Virus record (IMG/VR): IMGVR_UViG_3300032893_001950
DNA length: 25,112 nt
Strand: one strand, 5' to 3'
Source: a virus
Made by a program: the position numbers and the translations under genes. The notes below the pieces were generated by a model. The model was given only the letters and a program-made list of their open reading frames with translations. It made no database searches and had not been told where the DNA came from. Shown in pieces: positions 1-8,314 of the stretch; the first letter of the stretch is position 1, and each line of letters begins with the position of its first letter.

Positions 1-1
1 C

Positions 2-433
2 GAGCAGGTCAAGTATAACAAGGCGACTGGCACCATCAGCTTCAACGTCCTGGCAAAAACTAACGTCCTCCACGACCCGACTGCGCCTAGCAACCTCACC
101 TGCATCATGCACGAATTGGCTCACGAGCTAGTGGTCGAGCACGACGAGAAGTTCATCGAGGCAATGGAGAACATCGCGGGCAAAGTGGCCCACTGGCTGC
201 TCAAGAATGCCAGCAAAGTGCTTGGCACGGATCACGGATCGGCATCGACCGTGCAGCACGTCCCAGGCACGCCGCCGACCGGTGCCACCGTGGAGATCAA
301 GTGCACCGAGCCGGGCTGCACCCGTACCAGAATGGTCAAGCCGCAGGACGTGTTCCAGGTCAAGCGGTGTACCCAGTGCCAGTTGGACCACCAGAAGAAG
401 CGCGCCGCCGAGCGGCGCCAAGGAAGGGCATAA
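2..433 (+). CDS. hypothetical protein with C-terminal Zn ribbon (IKCTEPGC...KRCTQCQ); 5' partial at window edge. The reading frame is open from nt 2; the first in-window ATG is at 107.
   Basis: Frame open from window start to TAA at 431-433. C-x4-C-x17-C-x2-C motif shared with paralogs at 2873, 3131 and 5829. Stop overlaps the next start (TAATG). Confidence 0.55.
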   Translation, partial: EQVKYNKATGTISFNVLAKTNVLHDPTAPSNLTCIMHELAHELVVEHDEKFIEAMENIAGKVAHWLLKNASKVLGTDHGSASTVQHVPGTPPTGATVEIKCTEPGCTRTRMVKPQDVFQVKRCTQCQLDHQKKRAAERRQGRA

Positions 434-750
434 TGAAAACCAAGGTCTACACACTCGACCTCGATGGCATCATCAGACACCTGCTGAAGAGCACGTCCAG
501 GGAGCGCGTTCCGACCAGAATGCTCCTCAGGAACCGCATCAGGCGCAAGCTCAAGGAAGTCCACGAGATGACGCCCGCCCAGGGTCGTATCTACGACCGC
601 GTCCGAGCGTGTGTCGCAGCCGACAAGAGGGGCATGGACCTCTGTTCGTTCCTGGCAGAAGATGGACGCTCCGCCAACATTATGTTCCACCGTGAATGGC
701 TGCGGTGGAACATGGTCAAGGGGCAAAGGTTTGTCCTACCCGAGTACTAG
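433..750 (+). CDS. hypothetical protein (MKTKVYTLDL...)
   Basis: ATG overlapping the upstream stop (taATGa). AGGAAGG Shine-Dalgarno 6-12 nt upstream. GC-rich codon usage consistent with neighbours. The track ORF 301..750 begins inside the previous gene. Confidence 0.6.
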   Translation: MKTKVYTLDLDGIIRHLLKSTSRERVPTRMLLRNRIRRKLKEVHEMTPAQGRIYDRVRACVAADKRGMDLCSFLAEDGRSANIMFHREWLRWNMVKGQRFVLPEY

Positions 751-759
751 GAGGTCGGC

Positions 760-1056
760 ATGAGGAGACTGTGGTGGGTAGGGACTCTGGCCCTGGCCAG
801 CTGTGCCAAGGACCGTGACTCCTGGGTCGGGTGTGGGGTGATCGCCATCGCTGCCTTGGTCTGTACCCGTGGACTGTTAGGCAACCTCCGCAGCATGTTC
901 AAGGGACCCGGCTACTTCATCTGGGCCATGATCAAGCTATATGTGCTGCTGGCCTTCATCGCTTCAATCTTCATCATATCAGAGGCCACCTGCGATGTTG
1001 GCCTCACGACACTTTGCCCAGACCGTACGTCGAAGCGCCATGGCCACGGGAAGTGA
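760..1056 (+). CDS. small membrane protein (two predicted TM helices)
   Basis: Strong SD (TAGGAGGT) 6 nt upstream of ATG 760. Hydrophobic segments VIAIAALVCTRGLLG and LYVLLAFIASIFII. Confidence 0.6.
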   Translation: MRRLWWVGTLALASCAKDRDSWVGCGVIAIAALVCTRGLLGNLRSMFKGPGYFIWAMIKLYVLLAFIASIFIISEATCDVGLTTLCPDRTSKRHGHGK

Positions 1057-1342
1057 TGTCATACTCCTGTCGTATAATCCAATCCCACATCAATGGCATA
1101 TTTGTGACAATCCCTATTGTTACGGGTGTCAGTTCTGCGATGGTGGCTTGAGCGCTTGCATAGTATGTGGTGGATTGGAGGGCAGCCTACTATTGTTTTG
1201 TCCAGGGGTCAGGTTGGATCCAGATACTTTGGACGCAATTTATCAAGACCACATCGTGGATATTAACTACCACAGGATGCACAATGGAATCGATGGCCCA
1301 ACTCCACGTGCTGTAATTAATACCAAGTATTGGAGAAAGTGA
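1040..1342 (+). CDS. Cys-rich hypothetical protein (CDNPYCYGCQFCDGG...CIVCGG); start uncertain
   Basis: ORF in the 941..1342 frame; first ATG after the previous gene's end is at 1040. TGA overlaps the ligase ATG (tgATG). The AT-richer local composition makes the call weaker. Confidence 0.35.
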   Translation: MATGSDVILLSYNPIPHQWHICDNPYCYGCQFCDGGLSACIVCGGLEGSLLLFCPGVRLDPDTLDAIYQDHIVDINYHRMHNGIDGPTPRAVINTKYWRK

Positions 1343-2622
1343 TGCTAGACGTCTTCCAGAAGCTCTCCGACACGTCCTCCAAGACCGAGAAGGCCAAGAT
1401 TCTTTCTGGGCTCAACGAGACTCAGAAGAAGCTGTTTGTGGCGGCTCTCGATCCGATGCGCATCTACTTCTATCAGATGCCTTTGGACAACATCCCGCCA
1501 TCCACATCCAGCGACATGGCTGATGAGGCTGCCTCCAAGATGTTCTTGGATTTGCTGGACGCCCTCTCCGCACGGTTGGCCACCGGCACCTCTGCTCATG
1601 AGGTGGTTCGTACGACCTTCATGAAGTTCTCGAAGAACCAGCAACAGTGGTTCGCCCGGATCCTCAACAAGGACTTGAAGGTCGGGGTAGAGGTGAAGTC
1701 CTACCTGGCCGTCCACAAGGGAGCGTTCGAGGTTTTCGAGACCCAGCTCTGCGAGAAGTGGGAGCCGGGGCACGCCGACATTTCTGGATGGTACGCAGAG
1801 ATCAAGTACGACGGGCTGCGTGCCGTTGCTTGTGTCACCGCCACCGCCGTAGAGTTCTTCTCCCGCAACGGGAAGCCCATCTATGGCAACGAACATATGC
1901 ACGACACCCTGAAGGAGATGTATCACACCTTCAACCCGGGCCATATGGGAGCCATCTGGCTGGATGGAGAGCTTAAGGGCGGCGGCTTCAACGACTCCGT
2001 ATCCGTGATGCGGTCCAGCAAGAACAAGAAGGACTCGTCGGACGTCTGCTTCTACGTCTTCGATATCCTGGTGGGCGGCGCCTGGAAGAAGCGGGACACC
2101 CCGCCACTAGAGACGCGCCGGAAGCAGCTCCATCAGTTCTTCGGTGTGCCCAATCCCGACGACCTGCTGGGCCGGGCTTTCTCCTACAAGAAGACGAACA
2201 TCCTCGCCACCGGCCAGGTGAAGGTCAAGAATGATGCAGAGGTTCATCACTACTTCGGCAACGTCCTCCGGAACGGCCACGAGGGTCTTATCCTCAAGAA
2301 GCCTGGGTCCAAGTACGAGTGGAAACGGTCTAAGAACTGGCTGAAGGTGAAAGCGGAGGAGACCGAAGACCTGGAGGTCGTCGGTTACTACGAGGGCGAG
2401 GCCGGCTCCAAGCAACAAGGAATGCTTGGAGGCCTCATCTGCGACCGCAAGGGAATCCAGGTCCGAGTCGGTGGGGGTTTCTCCCAGGACCAAATCAAGC
2501 AGCTCTGGGACATAAAGGAGAAGCTCCTCGGCAAAGTCATCGAAGTGAAGTTCCATGAGGTGACGCCCGACGGCTCCCTCCGCCATCCCCGCTTCGTGCG
2601 GTTCCGCGAAGACAAGGAATAA
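1342..2622 (+). CDS. ATP-dependent DNA ligase
   Basis: Motif I EIKYDGLRA (KxDG adenylation lysine), motif III FYVFDIL, motif IV EGLILK, motif V NWLKVK. GGAGAAAG SD upstream of ATG 1342; the track's TTG at 1330 is less likely. Confidence 0.9.
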   Translation: MLDVFQKLSDTSSKTEKAKILSGLNETQKKLFVAALDPMRIYFYQMPLDNIPPSTSSDMADEAASKMFLDLLDALSARLATGTSAHEVVRTTFMKFSKNQQQWFARILNKDLKVGVEVKSYLAVHKGAFEVFETQLCEKWEPGHADISGWYAEIKYDGLRAVACVTATAVEFFSRNGKPIYGNEHMHDTLKEMYHTFNPGHMGAIWLDGELKGGGFNDSVSVMRSSKNKKDSSDVCFYVFDILVGGAWKKRDTPPLETRRKQLHQFFGVPNPDDLLGRAFSYKKTNILATGQVKVKNDAEVHHYFGNVLRNGHEGLILKKPGSKYEWKRSKNWLKVKAEETEDLEVVGYYEGEAGSKQQGMLGGLICDRKGIQVRVGGGFSQDQIKQLWDIKEKLLGKVIEVKFHEVTPDGSLRHPRFVRFREDKE

Positions 2623-2624
2623 TC

Positions 2625-2876
2625 ATGGCCCTGGATGACCTTGAGCGTATTGGGATGCAGATACGCCACATTACCGTGGAGTTCCAGAATCTCGGTAAAG
2701 AGGAGTTATTCAGCTGGCACAAGGCGCTTCAGGTGCCCAGCATCGGTGAGGAGCTATATATCCCACCACCGGGCGGGCGTGGGCGTGGGAGATGGCGCAA
2801 GGTTGTGGCGGTCAGTTGGGTTAACTCCCAGTACGCCGTGGTGATGCTCAACGTACAGAAGGGCGAAGGCCAGTGA
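2625..2876 (+). CDS. hypothetical protein
   Basis: ATG 2 nt after the ligase stop, AAGGAA SD. ORF of 83 aa with Gly/Arg-rich centre. Confidence 0.55.
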   Translation: MALDDLERIGMQIRHITVEFQNLGKEELFSWHKALQVPSIGEELYIPPPGGRGRGRWRKVVAVSWVNSQYAVVMLNVQKGEGQ

Positions 2877-3058
2877 AATACGACCACACCAAGGCGATCG
2901 CCAACATCAAGGTAAAGCATTCGTCCAAGGACGGGAACTATACCGTCCGATGTGAGGTTGATGGATGCGACCAGACGACCCCAAGCTCCAAGATGCACGG
3001 GTGGCACAAGGATAGGTGGATCACCTGCCCGAGCCACGAGCAGAGGGATGAGGAGTAG
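2873..3058 (+). CDS. small Zn-ribbon protein (VRCEVDGC...WITCPSHE), paralog of the Zn-ribbon family
   Basis: GTG start overlapping the upstream TGA (GTGA). C-x4-C-x20-C-x2-H pattern shared with family members. Confidence 0.5.
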   Translation: MKYDHTKAIANIKVKHSSKDGNYTVRCEVDGCDQTTPSSKMHGWHKDRWITCPSHEQRDEE

Positions 3059-3130
3059 CGTCGCGACGCGGCTTAAGCGGCCCGCCGCGTGCAACAGGAG
3101 ACACATCCGGCGCGTAGCTCAGGAGATGCA

Positions 3131-3778
3131 ATGGCAACCGGCGCAGATCTTATCGAGGCAGCACGGCAGGCCATCGACAAGACCCGTGAGGAAATCCGGG
3201 CCGAACTGGACAGGTACAAGCTCTCCATTCCGGCGCATGTCGAGGCCCAGCTTGAGAAGTGCCGATTTCTGTTCGGCCCCGAGCTGGAGCATGGGCTGAA
3301 GAGGGCCAAACAGAAGGCCGAGATGCATGTGCTCTCAGAGCGAACCAAGGCTCCCAAACCCATGAAGGAGGAGGCCAAGGCACGCCTCCGGGCTCTGAAC
3401 GCCCAGCGAAAGCAGGAGCGGGAGGAGCGCAAGGCCAGGTTGGCAGTAACAGTGGTGGACAAGAAGAGTGAGCTGCCCGCAGAGCCCCCGAAGAAGGAGG
3501 TAAAGAAGCCAGTTGTGTCCAAGCCACCGAAGCCGGTTTCAAGCAAGCCCAAGGTGAATGGTCGGGTGCCACTCTGGCAGGACCCAGAGGCCCAGGTAGA
3601 GCGGGTGAAGAAGTATCCCCATGCTATCCCTGGCACCTTCAAGCAGGGGAAGAACCACGGTCTGACGGTCGTGGACATCCAGTGCCAGGTGCCCGACTGC
3701 AAGGCCACCCGCACCATTCCCGTGGCGGAGCTGTTCCACATCAACAAGTGTGAGCCCCACAAGAAGGTGAAACTCTAG
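3131..3778 (+). CDS. basic Lys/Pro-rich protein with coiled-coil N-terminus and C-terminal Zn ribbon (IQCQVPDCKATRTIPVAELFHINKCEPHK); histone-H1-like tail KKEVKKPVVSKPPKPVSSKPK
   Basis: In-frame ATG at 3131 with AGGAG 7 nt upstream; the track's GTG at 3089 is less likely. Low-complexity K/P/E-rich segment followed by C-x4-C-x16-C-x2-H. Confidence 0.7.
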   Translation: MATGADLIEAARQAIDKTREEIRAELDRYKLSIPAHVEAQLEKCRFLFGPELEHGLKRAKQKAEMHVLSERTKAPKPMKEEAKARLRALNAQRKQEREERKARLAVTVVDKKSELPAEPPKKEVKKPVVSKPPKPVSSKPKVNGRVPLWQDPEAQVERVKKYPHAIPGTFKQGKNHGLTVVDIQCQVPDCKATRTIPVAELFHINKCEPHKKVKL

Positions 3779-4215
3779 TGGAACCTATCGCGTTTTTACT
3801 CCTAGGGCTGTTTGGCGTACCAATGTCGATGTTCATGTTGTACCGTCGGCATACTGGGTTCAACATAAAGTGTCCGGTCTGCAAGCGTAGTCGCAGATTC
3901 CTGAAGTCCAGGGCGCAGTGGCGTGTGGTCAACGAGTTCCCGGACCTGCTCAATAACTACACATACTTCTGCGGCGGCGAAGGTTTCGCAAACAAGAGTC
4001 ACTACAAGCCAGAAATCGATTCCGATGTGGGGTGCGGGGCAGACCTCATTGGAGAGTATCTAACCCACCCATACGTGGTGGGCGTCCACAACGAAGTAAT
4101 TGCCCTACAGGAACGAACCGACTCTGCGCGAGTCACACGAACGGAGGTGGATAAGGCCCATCATGAGCTTGCAGAAGAAGACAACAGAGTAGTCAAGATG
4201 CGGGAGCATTCGTAA
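3778..4215 (+). CDS. membrane-anchored protein with CPVC motif; hypothetical
   Basis: GTG start immediately after the upstream TAG. N-terminal hydrophobic helix IAFLLLGLFGVPMSMFML followed by CPVCKRSRR. Lower-GC island. Confidence 0.5.
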   Translation: MEPIAFLLLGLFGVPMSMFMLYRRHTGFNIKCPVCKRSRRFLKSRAQWRVVNEFPDLLNNYTYFCGGEGFANKSHYKPEIDSDVGCGADLIGEYLTHPYVVGVHNEVIALQERTDSARVTRTEVDKAHHELAEEDNRVVKMREHS

Positions 4216-4488
4216 ATGTTTGATCCCTCGGCCGACAAGCTTGAACTGATGGTCTGCGGTGGTCTTCAGTATGCATGTGAGGTTGAAGGCTACGCGGATG
4301 CTCCAGCCATAATTGCGCTCTGGAACAAAGTAGAGTTAAATGAGCGCACGCCTGAAGTTCTGGCGACGCTGATTGTAGATTTCACGTATCGCAAGCATTG
4401 GATGCCGCTCAACACCACAGCTAAAGATTGGAATTATGAGGGGCGGATCAAGCACATTCTGGACAACGTAATCCCAGCCCTGGCCTAG
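4216..4488 (+). CDS. hypothetical protein
   Basis: ATG directly after the upstream TAA. 90-aa ORF. Confidence 0.5.
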   Translation: MFDPSADKLELMVCGGLQYACEVEGYADAPAIIALWNKVELNERTPEVLATLIVDFTYRKHWMPLNTTAKDWNYEGRIKHILDNVIPALA

Positions 4489-4530
4489 GGGTAGGCCAGT
4501 CGGTTGGCGTGTTTGTGGGGAGTGGGGCGG

Positions 4531-5754
4531 ATGTTTATCGACAATAGCTTGGCGAACCAATTGGTTCGCCAAGCCCAGACGCGCAAAGATGCAGGTTCGA
4601 TTCAGCGGCTCATGGAACAGATAGTCGAGGTCGAGAATTATCGACAGCACGACATCAAGAACCAGGGCTACATCGGTCGCGTGTTCTTCCAAGAACAGGA
4701 GCGGCTGCCAGCTAGTGTGGACATGACTGACATTGTGGCAGTATTCTGGGAACAGGTGATGAAGGATCTGCCCAGGGCCGCCATGGAGGGTGAGGTCGTA
4801 TCCGTCCGCAAGATCAACGAAATCCAACATGATGGCATTGAATATGTCGCGTCAAAGACTAAGGATGGTGAAGTTTACGTAGACCGCAAGACGAAGATGA
4901 ACCCAGTTTATTGGTTGAGGCGCCAAGGTTATATGGCAGTCCGGAATTTCATCAACGACCACTACCGGGACAACTGGAATCAGTCTTGCGACGACTGTGG
5001 GCACGTTGGGCCTTCGGCACAATCCACGGAGGTTGTAACTCCCTGCCACCAGTGTAACTCCAAGGACTCGGTCAAGGTCACGCTCCGGAAGCGGACGGTC
5101 CAGCGAGGCTCTAACAATTCACACCGTAAGTGTTCAGCCTGTGGCACCCTGCGCCCACGCCAGTTCACGCGTTCTTGTCGGAAGTGCGGGTCGTCAAACG
5201 TCAGGGTGGACTACAGATTCGATGGCGAACTTAAGGAGGACATCTTTAGCTTACCTGATGGCCTCCATAACATGCGGCCGGACGACATTCTGGTCAAGGG
5301 TGAGGTGAATCGGGAGCTTGAGCAACTGCTTAAGGATATCGAGGATTCGTTCCCCAAGAACACCAAGGATAACATTGGTGACACTCAGGTCAGACGTATC
5401 TTTCGCATCCTCATCTATCCCGAAGCGTCCATGGAGATGTGTGGTCAATGCAAATTCAAAGCCGGCATGGTGTGTGCAGAGGGTTGCCGGCGCGACTACT
5501 GCAACCACGATCGCAAGGTAAACCCCTCGAAGTCATGCGGAGCAGATAGCTTCCAACTCGACAAGTGCATCAACTACAGCAAGAAGATTGGCGAGTACAT
5601 GGGGTTTACCGGCGCACTGGCCAATCGTCGGGTACAGAAAATCCGCCTCTACGTCGAGCAGTTCCTCCGCAACAACCTGGACAGGTACGGCATCTCCCAG
5701 CAGCTCCTAAGGAAACTGGAAACCGCGAAACGAAGGAAGAAAGGGTTGGCGTAA
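4531..5754 (+). CDS. hypothetical protein with four CxxC-type Cys clusters (putative multiple Zn ribbons). The N- and C-terminal regions weakly resemble sigma-factor regions 2 and 4.
   Basis: ATG 4531 with GGGGAG SD; the track's TTG at 4504 is less likely. Motifs CDDCGH...CHQC, CSACG...CRKCG and CGQC...CAEGC...CNHD. C-terminus ALANRRVQKIRLYVEQFLR is HTH-like. Confidence 0.6.
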   Translation: MFIDNSLANQLVRQAQTRKDAGSIQRLMEQIVEVENYRQHDIKNQGYIGRVFFQEQERLPASVDMTDIVAVFWEQVMKDLPRAAMEGEVVSVRKINEIQHDGIEYVASKTKDGEVYVDRKTKMNPVYWLRRQGYMAVRNFINDHYRDNWNQSCDDCGHVGPSAQSTEVVTPCHQCNSKDSVKVTLRKRTVQRGSNNSHRKCSACGTLRPRQFTRSCRKCGSSNVRVDYRFDGELKEDIFSLPDGLHNMRPDDILVKGEVNRELEQLLKDIEDSFPKNTKDNIGDTQVRRIFRILIYPEASMEMCGQCKFKAGMVCAEGCRRDYCNHDRKVNPSKSCGADSFQLDKCINYSKKIGEYMGFTGALANRRVQKIRLYVEQFLRNNLDRYGISQQLLRKLETAKRRKKGLA

Positions 5755-5828
5755 AACCAACCAGTGATTAGGTTTGAAGATGCCTCAGACATTTCGTCTG
5801 CGGCCGTCACGCAGCAAGGAGGCAACCA

Positions 5829-6146
5829 ATGGTTGCGAAGAAGAAGGACGAGAAGCCGACCAAGGAGTCGGTGTTCCGCAAGCAGAAGGACTACGACGGC
5901 TCGGTGGAGGAGATCGACACGGCGATCTACAACGTCGAGATCGAGTGCAAGGACAAGGACTGCCACGAGATCCGCTACATCAAGCCCCAGGACAAGTTCC
6001 AGGTGAAGTACTGCAAGCCGCACCAGCGCAAGTACAGCCGCCTGGGCGCGAAGAAGGCGAAGAAGGCGGCGGGCAAGACGGCTTCAAAGGCCGCTCGCCG
6101 CGCCTCCAAGAGCAGCGTCGCCCCGGCTGCTGCGGCTTCGGCCTAA
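5829..6146 (+). CDS. basic histone-H1/AlgP-like protein with Zn ribbon (IECKDKDCHEIRYIKPQDKFQVKYCKPHQ) and Lys/Ala-rich C-terminal tail
   Basis: AAGGAGG SD 8 nt upstream of ATG. Tail GAKKAKKAAGKTASKAARRASKSS. The KPQD-F-QVK-C motif is near-identical to the gene at 2..433. Confidence 0.75.
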   Translation: MVAKKKDEKPTKESVFRKQKDYDGSVEEIDTAIYNVEIECKDKDCHEIRYIKPQDKFQVKYCKPHQRKYSRLGAKKAKKAAGKTASKAARRASKSSVAPAAAASA

Positions 6147-6205
6147 TCGGGGACACGGCGGGCGGCCATCGTAAGGTGGCCGTCCGTCAAGGTGTCTGAT
6201 CCATC

Positions 6206-6376
6206 ATGCACTGTGCCTGCCCTGGTTGTCGGTATGTACAATACATGAACAACAAGTGCGCACATCCCAAGACGTATGATCGCGACCTTACTTATCCTGA
6301 GAGACAAACCAGCCACTTTCCGGACAAGACACCAAAATGGTGTCCTATCAGCAAAAATAAATCTAACGGAGTGTAG
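6206..6376 (+). CDS. possible small Cys-rich protein (MHCACPGCRY...KCAH...WCPIS), 56 aa; its 3' end overlaps the tRNA-Pro gene
   Basis: ATG 6206 with AAGGTG 11 nt upstream; ORF ends TAG 6374-6376, 10 nt into the tRNA. Below the track's size cutoff, so weak. Confidence 0.25.
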   Translation: MHCACPGCRYVQYMNNKCAHPKTYDRDLTYPERQTSHFPDKTPKWCPISKNKSNGV

Positions 6377-6440
6377 CGCAGCCTGGTAGCGCACTTGCCT
6401 TGGGCGCAAGGGGCCGGAGGTTCGAATCCTCTCACTCCGA
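6367..6440 (+). tRNA. tRNA-Pro (anticodon UGG)
   Basis: Manual fold. Acceptor CGGAGTG/CACTCCG (7 bp, C1:G72, A73 discriminator as in bacterial tRNA-Pro). D-stem GCGC/GCGC. Anticodon stem CTTGC/GCAAG with loop CTTGGGC (anticodon TGG at 6401-6403, G37). T-arm GGAGG-TTCGAAT-CCTCT. CCA not encoded. Confidence 0.8.
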
Positions 6441-6485
6441 AACTGTCACAGGAAGCTACACGATAGTAATTGTTAGGGAGCGGGC

Positions 6486-6770
6486 ATGAGCGGCAAGCCA
6501 TACCCAGAGGGTGTAGAGCGGGTGGCCGTGCTCCTACGCAAGGAGCACCAGCTCCGCGTCGAGCTGGGTGCCCTCAAGCCACATGTCGAGCGCTACCACA
6601 AAGCTCAGGAGGAGTACGGCAAGATTTCCACAGAGGTCGCCAAGCTCCTGGAGAGCATGGATCTGGAAGGACAGGGCAATTACGGGTTCGGTGGCCGGAT
6701 GGGGTGGTTTCTCCGCACCATGCGTGAGCTTATTCTAAAGGACCTGGCCAAGCCACAGGAGGGTCCATGA
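6486..6770 (+). CDS. hypothetical protein
   Basis: ATG with AGGGAG SD. 94-aa helical-looking ORF. Stop overlaps the next ATG (ATGA). Confidence 0.6.
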   Translation: MSGKPYPEGVERVAVLLRKEHQLRVELGALKPHVERYHKAQEEYGKISTEVAKLLESMDLEGQGNYGFGGRMGWFLRTMRELILKDLAKPQEGP

Positions 6771-7189
6771 AGCGCCTATTTGTTTTCACTGCTGTCCTCG
6801 GAATCGCTGCGGTTGGGGCCATCGCTTACGGAGAGCGGATCGCCTCGGTCGAGACCAAGGGCATCTTCGTAAAGGACAACATCTTCGTCGATGCCTTCGA
6901 CGACCCAGACCTCAAGGGTGTGGTCTGTTACATCACCTACTACAGCAAGGCGATGTCAATGGTGGACCCCAGCGACACGAGTATCGCCTGCGTGAAGACG
7001 GGTCCAGTTTCAGGAGAGCCGGGCAACAAGGCGGGCGTCTTTTCACAACAGAAGTCGCCCATCTTCAAGTCCACGGTTGTGGACCGGTTCTATGACGCCA
7101 ACCGCAAGGTAGTTCTCTACCTTGCATATACGACAGACACGGGCGGGAAGAACGCTGCCCACGCCATGTCGGCGGTTCCACTGCAGTAA
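6767..7189 (+). CDS. secreted/periplasmic protein, CreA-family-like (tentative)
   Basis: Signal peptide MKRLFVFTAVLGIAAVGAIAYG. The segment FVDAFDDPDLKGVVCYITYY...DPSDTSIACVKTGPV resembles the CreA/DUF family as recalled from memory. Confidence 0.6.
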   Translation: MKRLFVFTAVLGIAAVGAIAYGERIASVETKGIFVKDNIFVDAFDDPDLKGVVCYITYYSKAMSMVDPSDTSIACVKTGPVSGEPGNKAGVFSQQKSPIFKSTVVDRFYDANRKVVLYLAYTTDTGGKNAAHAMSAVPLQ

Positions 7190-7869
7190 GTAGTAGTAGT
7201 CTGTTCTTTGACATTATGATGGTTGCGGCGTGGCGATATGACACGCGGGAGATGGGGATTGGTATGGACCTTTCAGTGAAAGGCGCCCAAAATCCCGAGT
7301 CCGACATAAGCAGGGCCGGCTTCTCTTGAAGTGCTGCCAGGAGCCCTTGCGCAGTGAAATTTGTGGAAGCACACCAGTGCCTATATGGTTTGACACCTAA
7401 CACAAATCGAGTCGGACCAAAGCCAATTAGCCGGGGAAGGACCGGCCAACCATCAACTTTTAATAGTCTCAAGCCGAAGGGAGGTTGGCCTAGAAGCAGC
7501 CATCCTTTAAAGAGTGCCAAGTGGAGGAAAGTAGGGTAGCGCACCTGAAATCAAGAGTCCCACCTACGATGAAGCGGGTTAGCAGCCCGTGGAGTTTAAA
7601 GTCCTGACGACGTGGGCGTAGAACCACAGGGAGTGCAAAATCCTAGACGACGATCTGGTTGCGGGTTTTCCTAGCACGGCGACGTGCGAAGTTCCTACCA
7701 ATGACTGGATCTATCGTGACTTCGGAAAGTAGCAACGGCCAGTTTCGCCCGCACTGTACGAGAGGAACTGCGGGTCTGACTTGGGGCCTGTGTCAAGGAC
7801 ACGTGAAGCCCTGGGAACGACTGGTACGGCCCTCAGAGGCTTTGGCGTAATAGCACACCTTCAGCTTGG

Positions 7870-7908
7870 GGCCGCTCCCCGCACGTATTGGGGGAGCGGT
7901 TCTTTTTG
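7870..7908 (+). terminator. Rho-independent terminator
   Basis: GC-rich stem CCGCTCCCC / GGGGAGCGG (9 bp), 10-nt loop, then TCTTTTTGT. Confidence 0.7.
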
Positions 7909-7927
7909 TGGTAAAGTAGTAACGTAA

Positions 7928-8297
7928 GGGCCCGAAAAGGTTTCGACGTGGGACCTGAACGTAGTAGTGCGAGCCTAGGCGGTTACGGGCCTAGTCAAAT
8001 CCGTGGCAAACCAACAAACGCCAACGACAACGTTGACGTCGGCTTCCCCGCGCTCCGCGCGGCCTAAGCCACTCCAGGGTGAGACCGCCTCAATACACCC
8101 TGGGGCCAATAAAGAGGCTGTAACGCGGTGATGTTGTCCTGCTGCGCCGCGCCAAAGTAGTTGTAGGAAGACACGGGCTAGGTACCGAGCGGAGAGTTCC
8201 AACTCCAAACCGGTGCCGAAGAAAGAAATTGGAACTACGCTCGTAGTGCTGCTACCGGATGGACTTACGGACCCCGGTTCGATTCCGGGCGGGTCCA
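7928..8297 (+). ncRNA. ssrA: tmRNA (ssrA), one-piece; tag reading frame 8020..8067 encodes (A)NDNVDVGFPALRAA, stop TAA
   Basis: 5' end GGGCCCG-AAAA-GGTTTCGACGTGGG matches the tmRNA 5' consensus (GGGGCUG...GGAUUCGACGGG). 3' end GGAC-CCCGG-TTCGATT-CCGGG-CGGGTCC-A matches the T-arm plus acceptor. The acceptor pairs 7928-7934 with 8290-8296 and includes a G3:U70 wobble (Ala identity element). Resume codon GCC. The tag begins ANDN and ends AA, like proteobacterial tags. A hairpin CCAGGGTG...CACCCTGG follows the stop. Confidence 0.8.
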
Positions 8298-8314
8298 TTA
8301 TTTTGGAGTAAAAT

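Noticed and set aside
7354-7850. Track ORFs 7354..7539 and 7659..7850 in the non-coding region
   Set aside because: No SD. Low-complexity Arg/Gly/Pro-rich translations and composition unlike the neighbouring genes. They lie in a region ending with a terminator and adjacent to the tmRNA.
7200-7870. RNase P RNA
   Set aside because: The conserved GGAAAGUCCGGGCUCC and ACAGAAUCCGGCUUA blocks are absent; only loose resemblance was found.
8221-8300. Possible tRNA or attP tRNA-3' fragment (GGTTCGATTCC T-loop)
   Set aside because: No D or anticodon arms can be formed locally. The fragment pairs with a 5' partner 360 nt upstream carrying the tmRNA consensus and a G3:U70 pair, so it is the 3' end of the tmRNA, not an att site. 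No integrase is present in the window.
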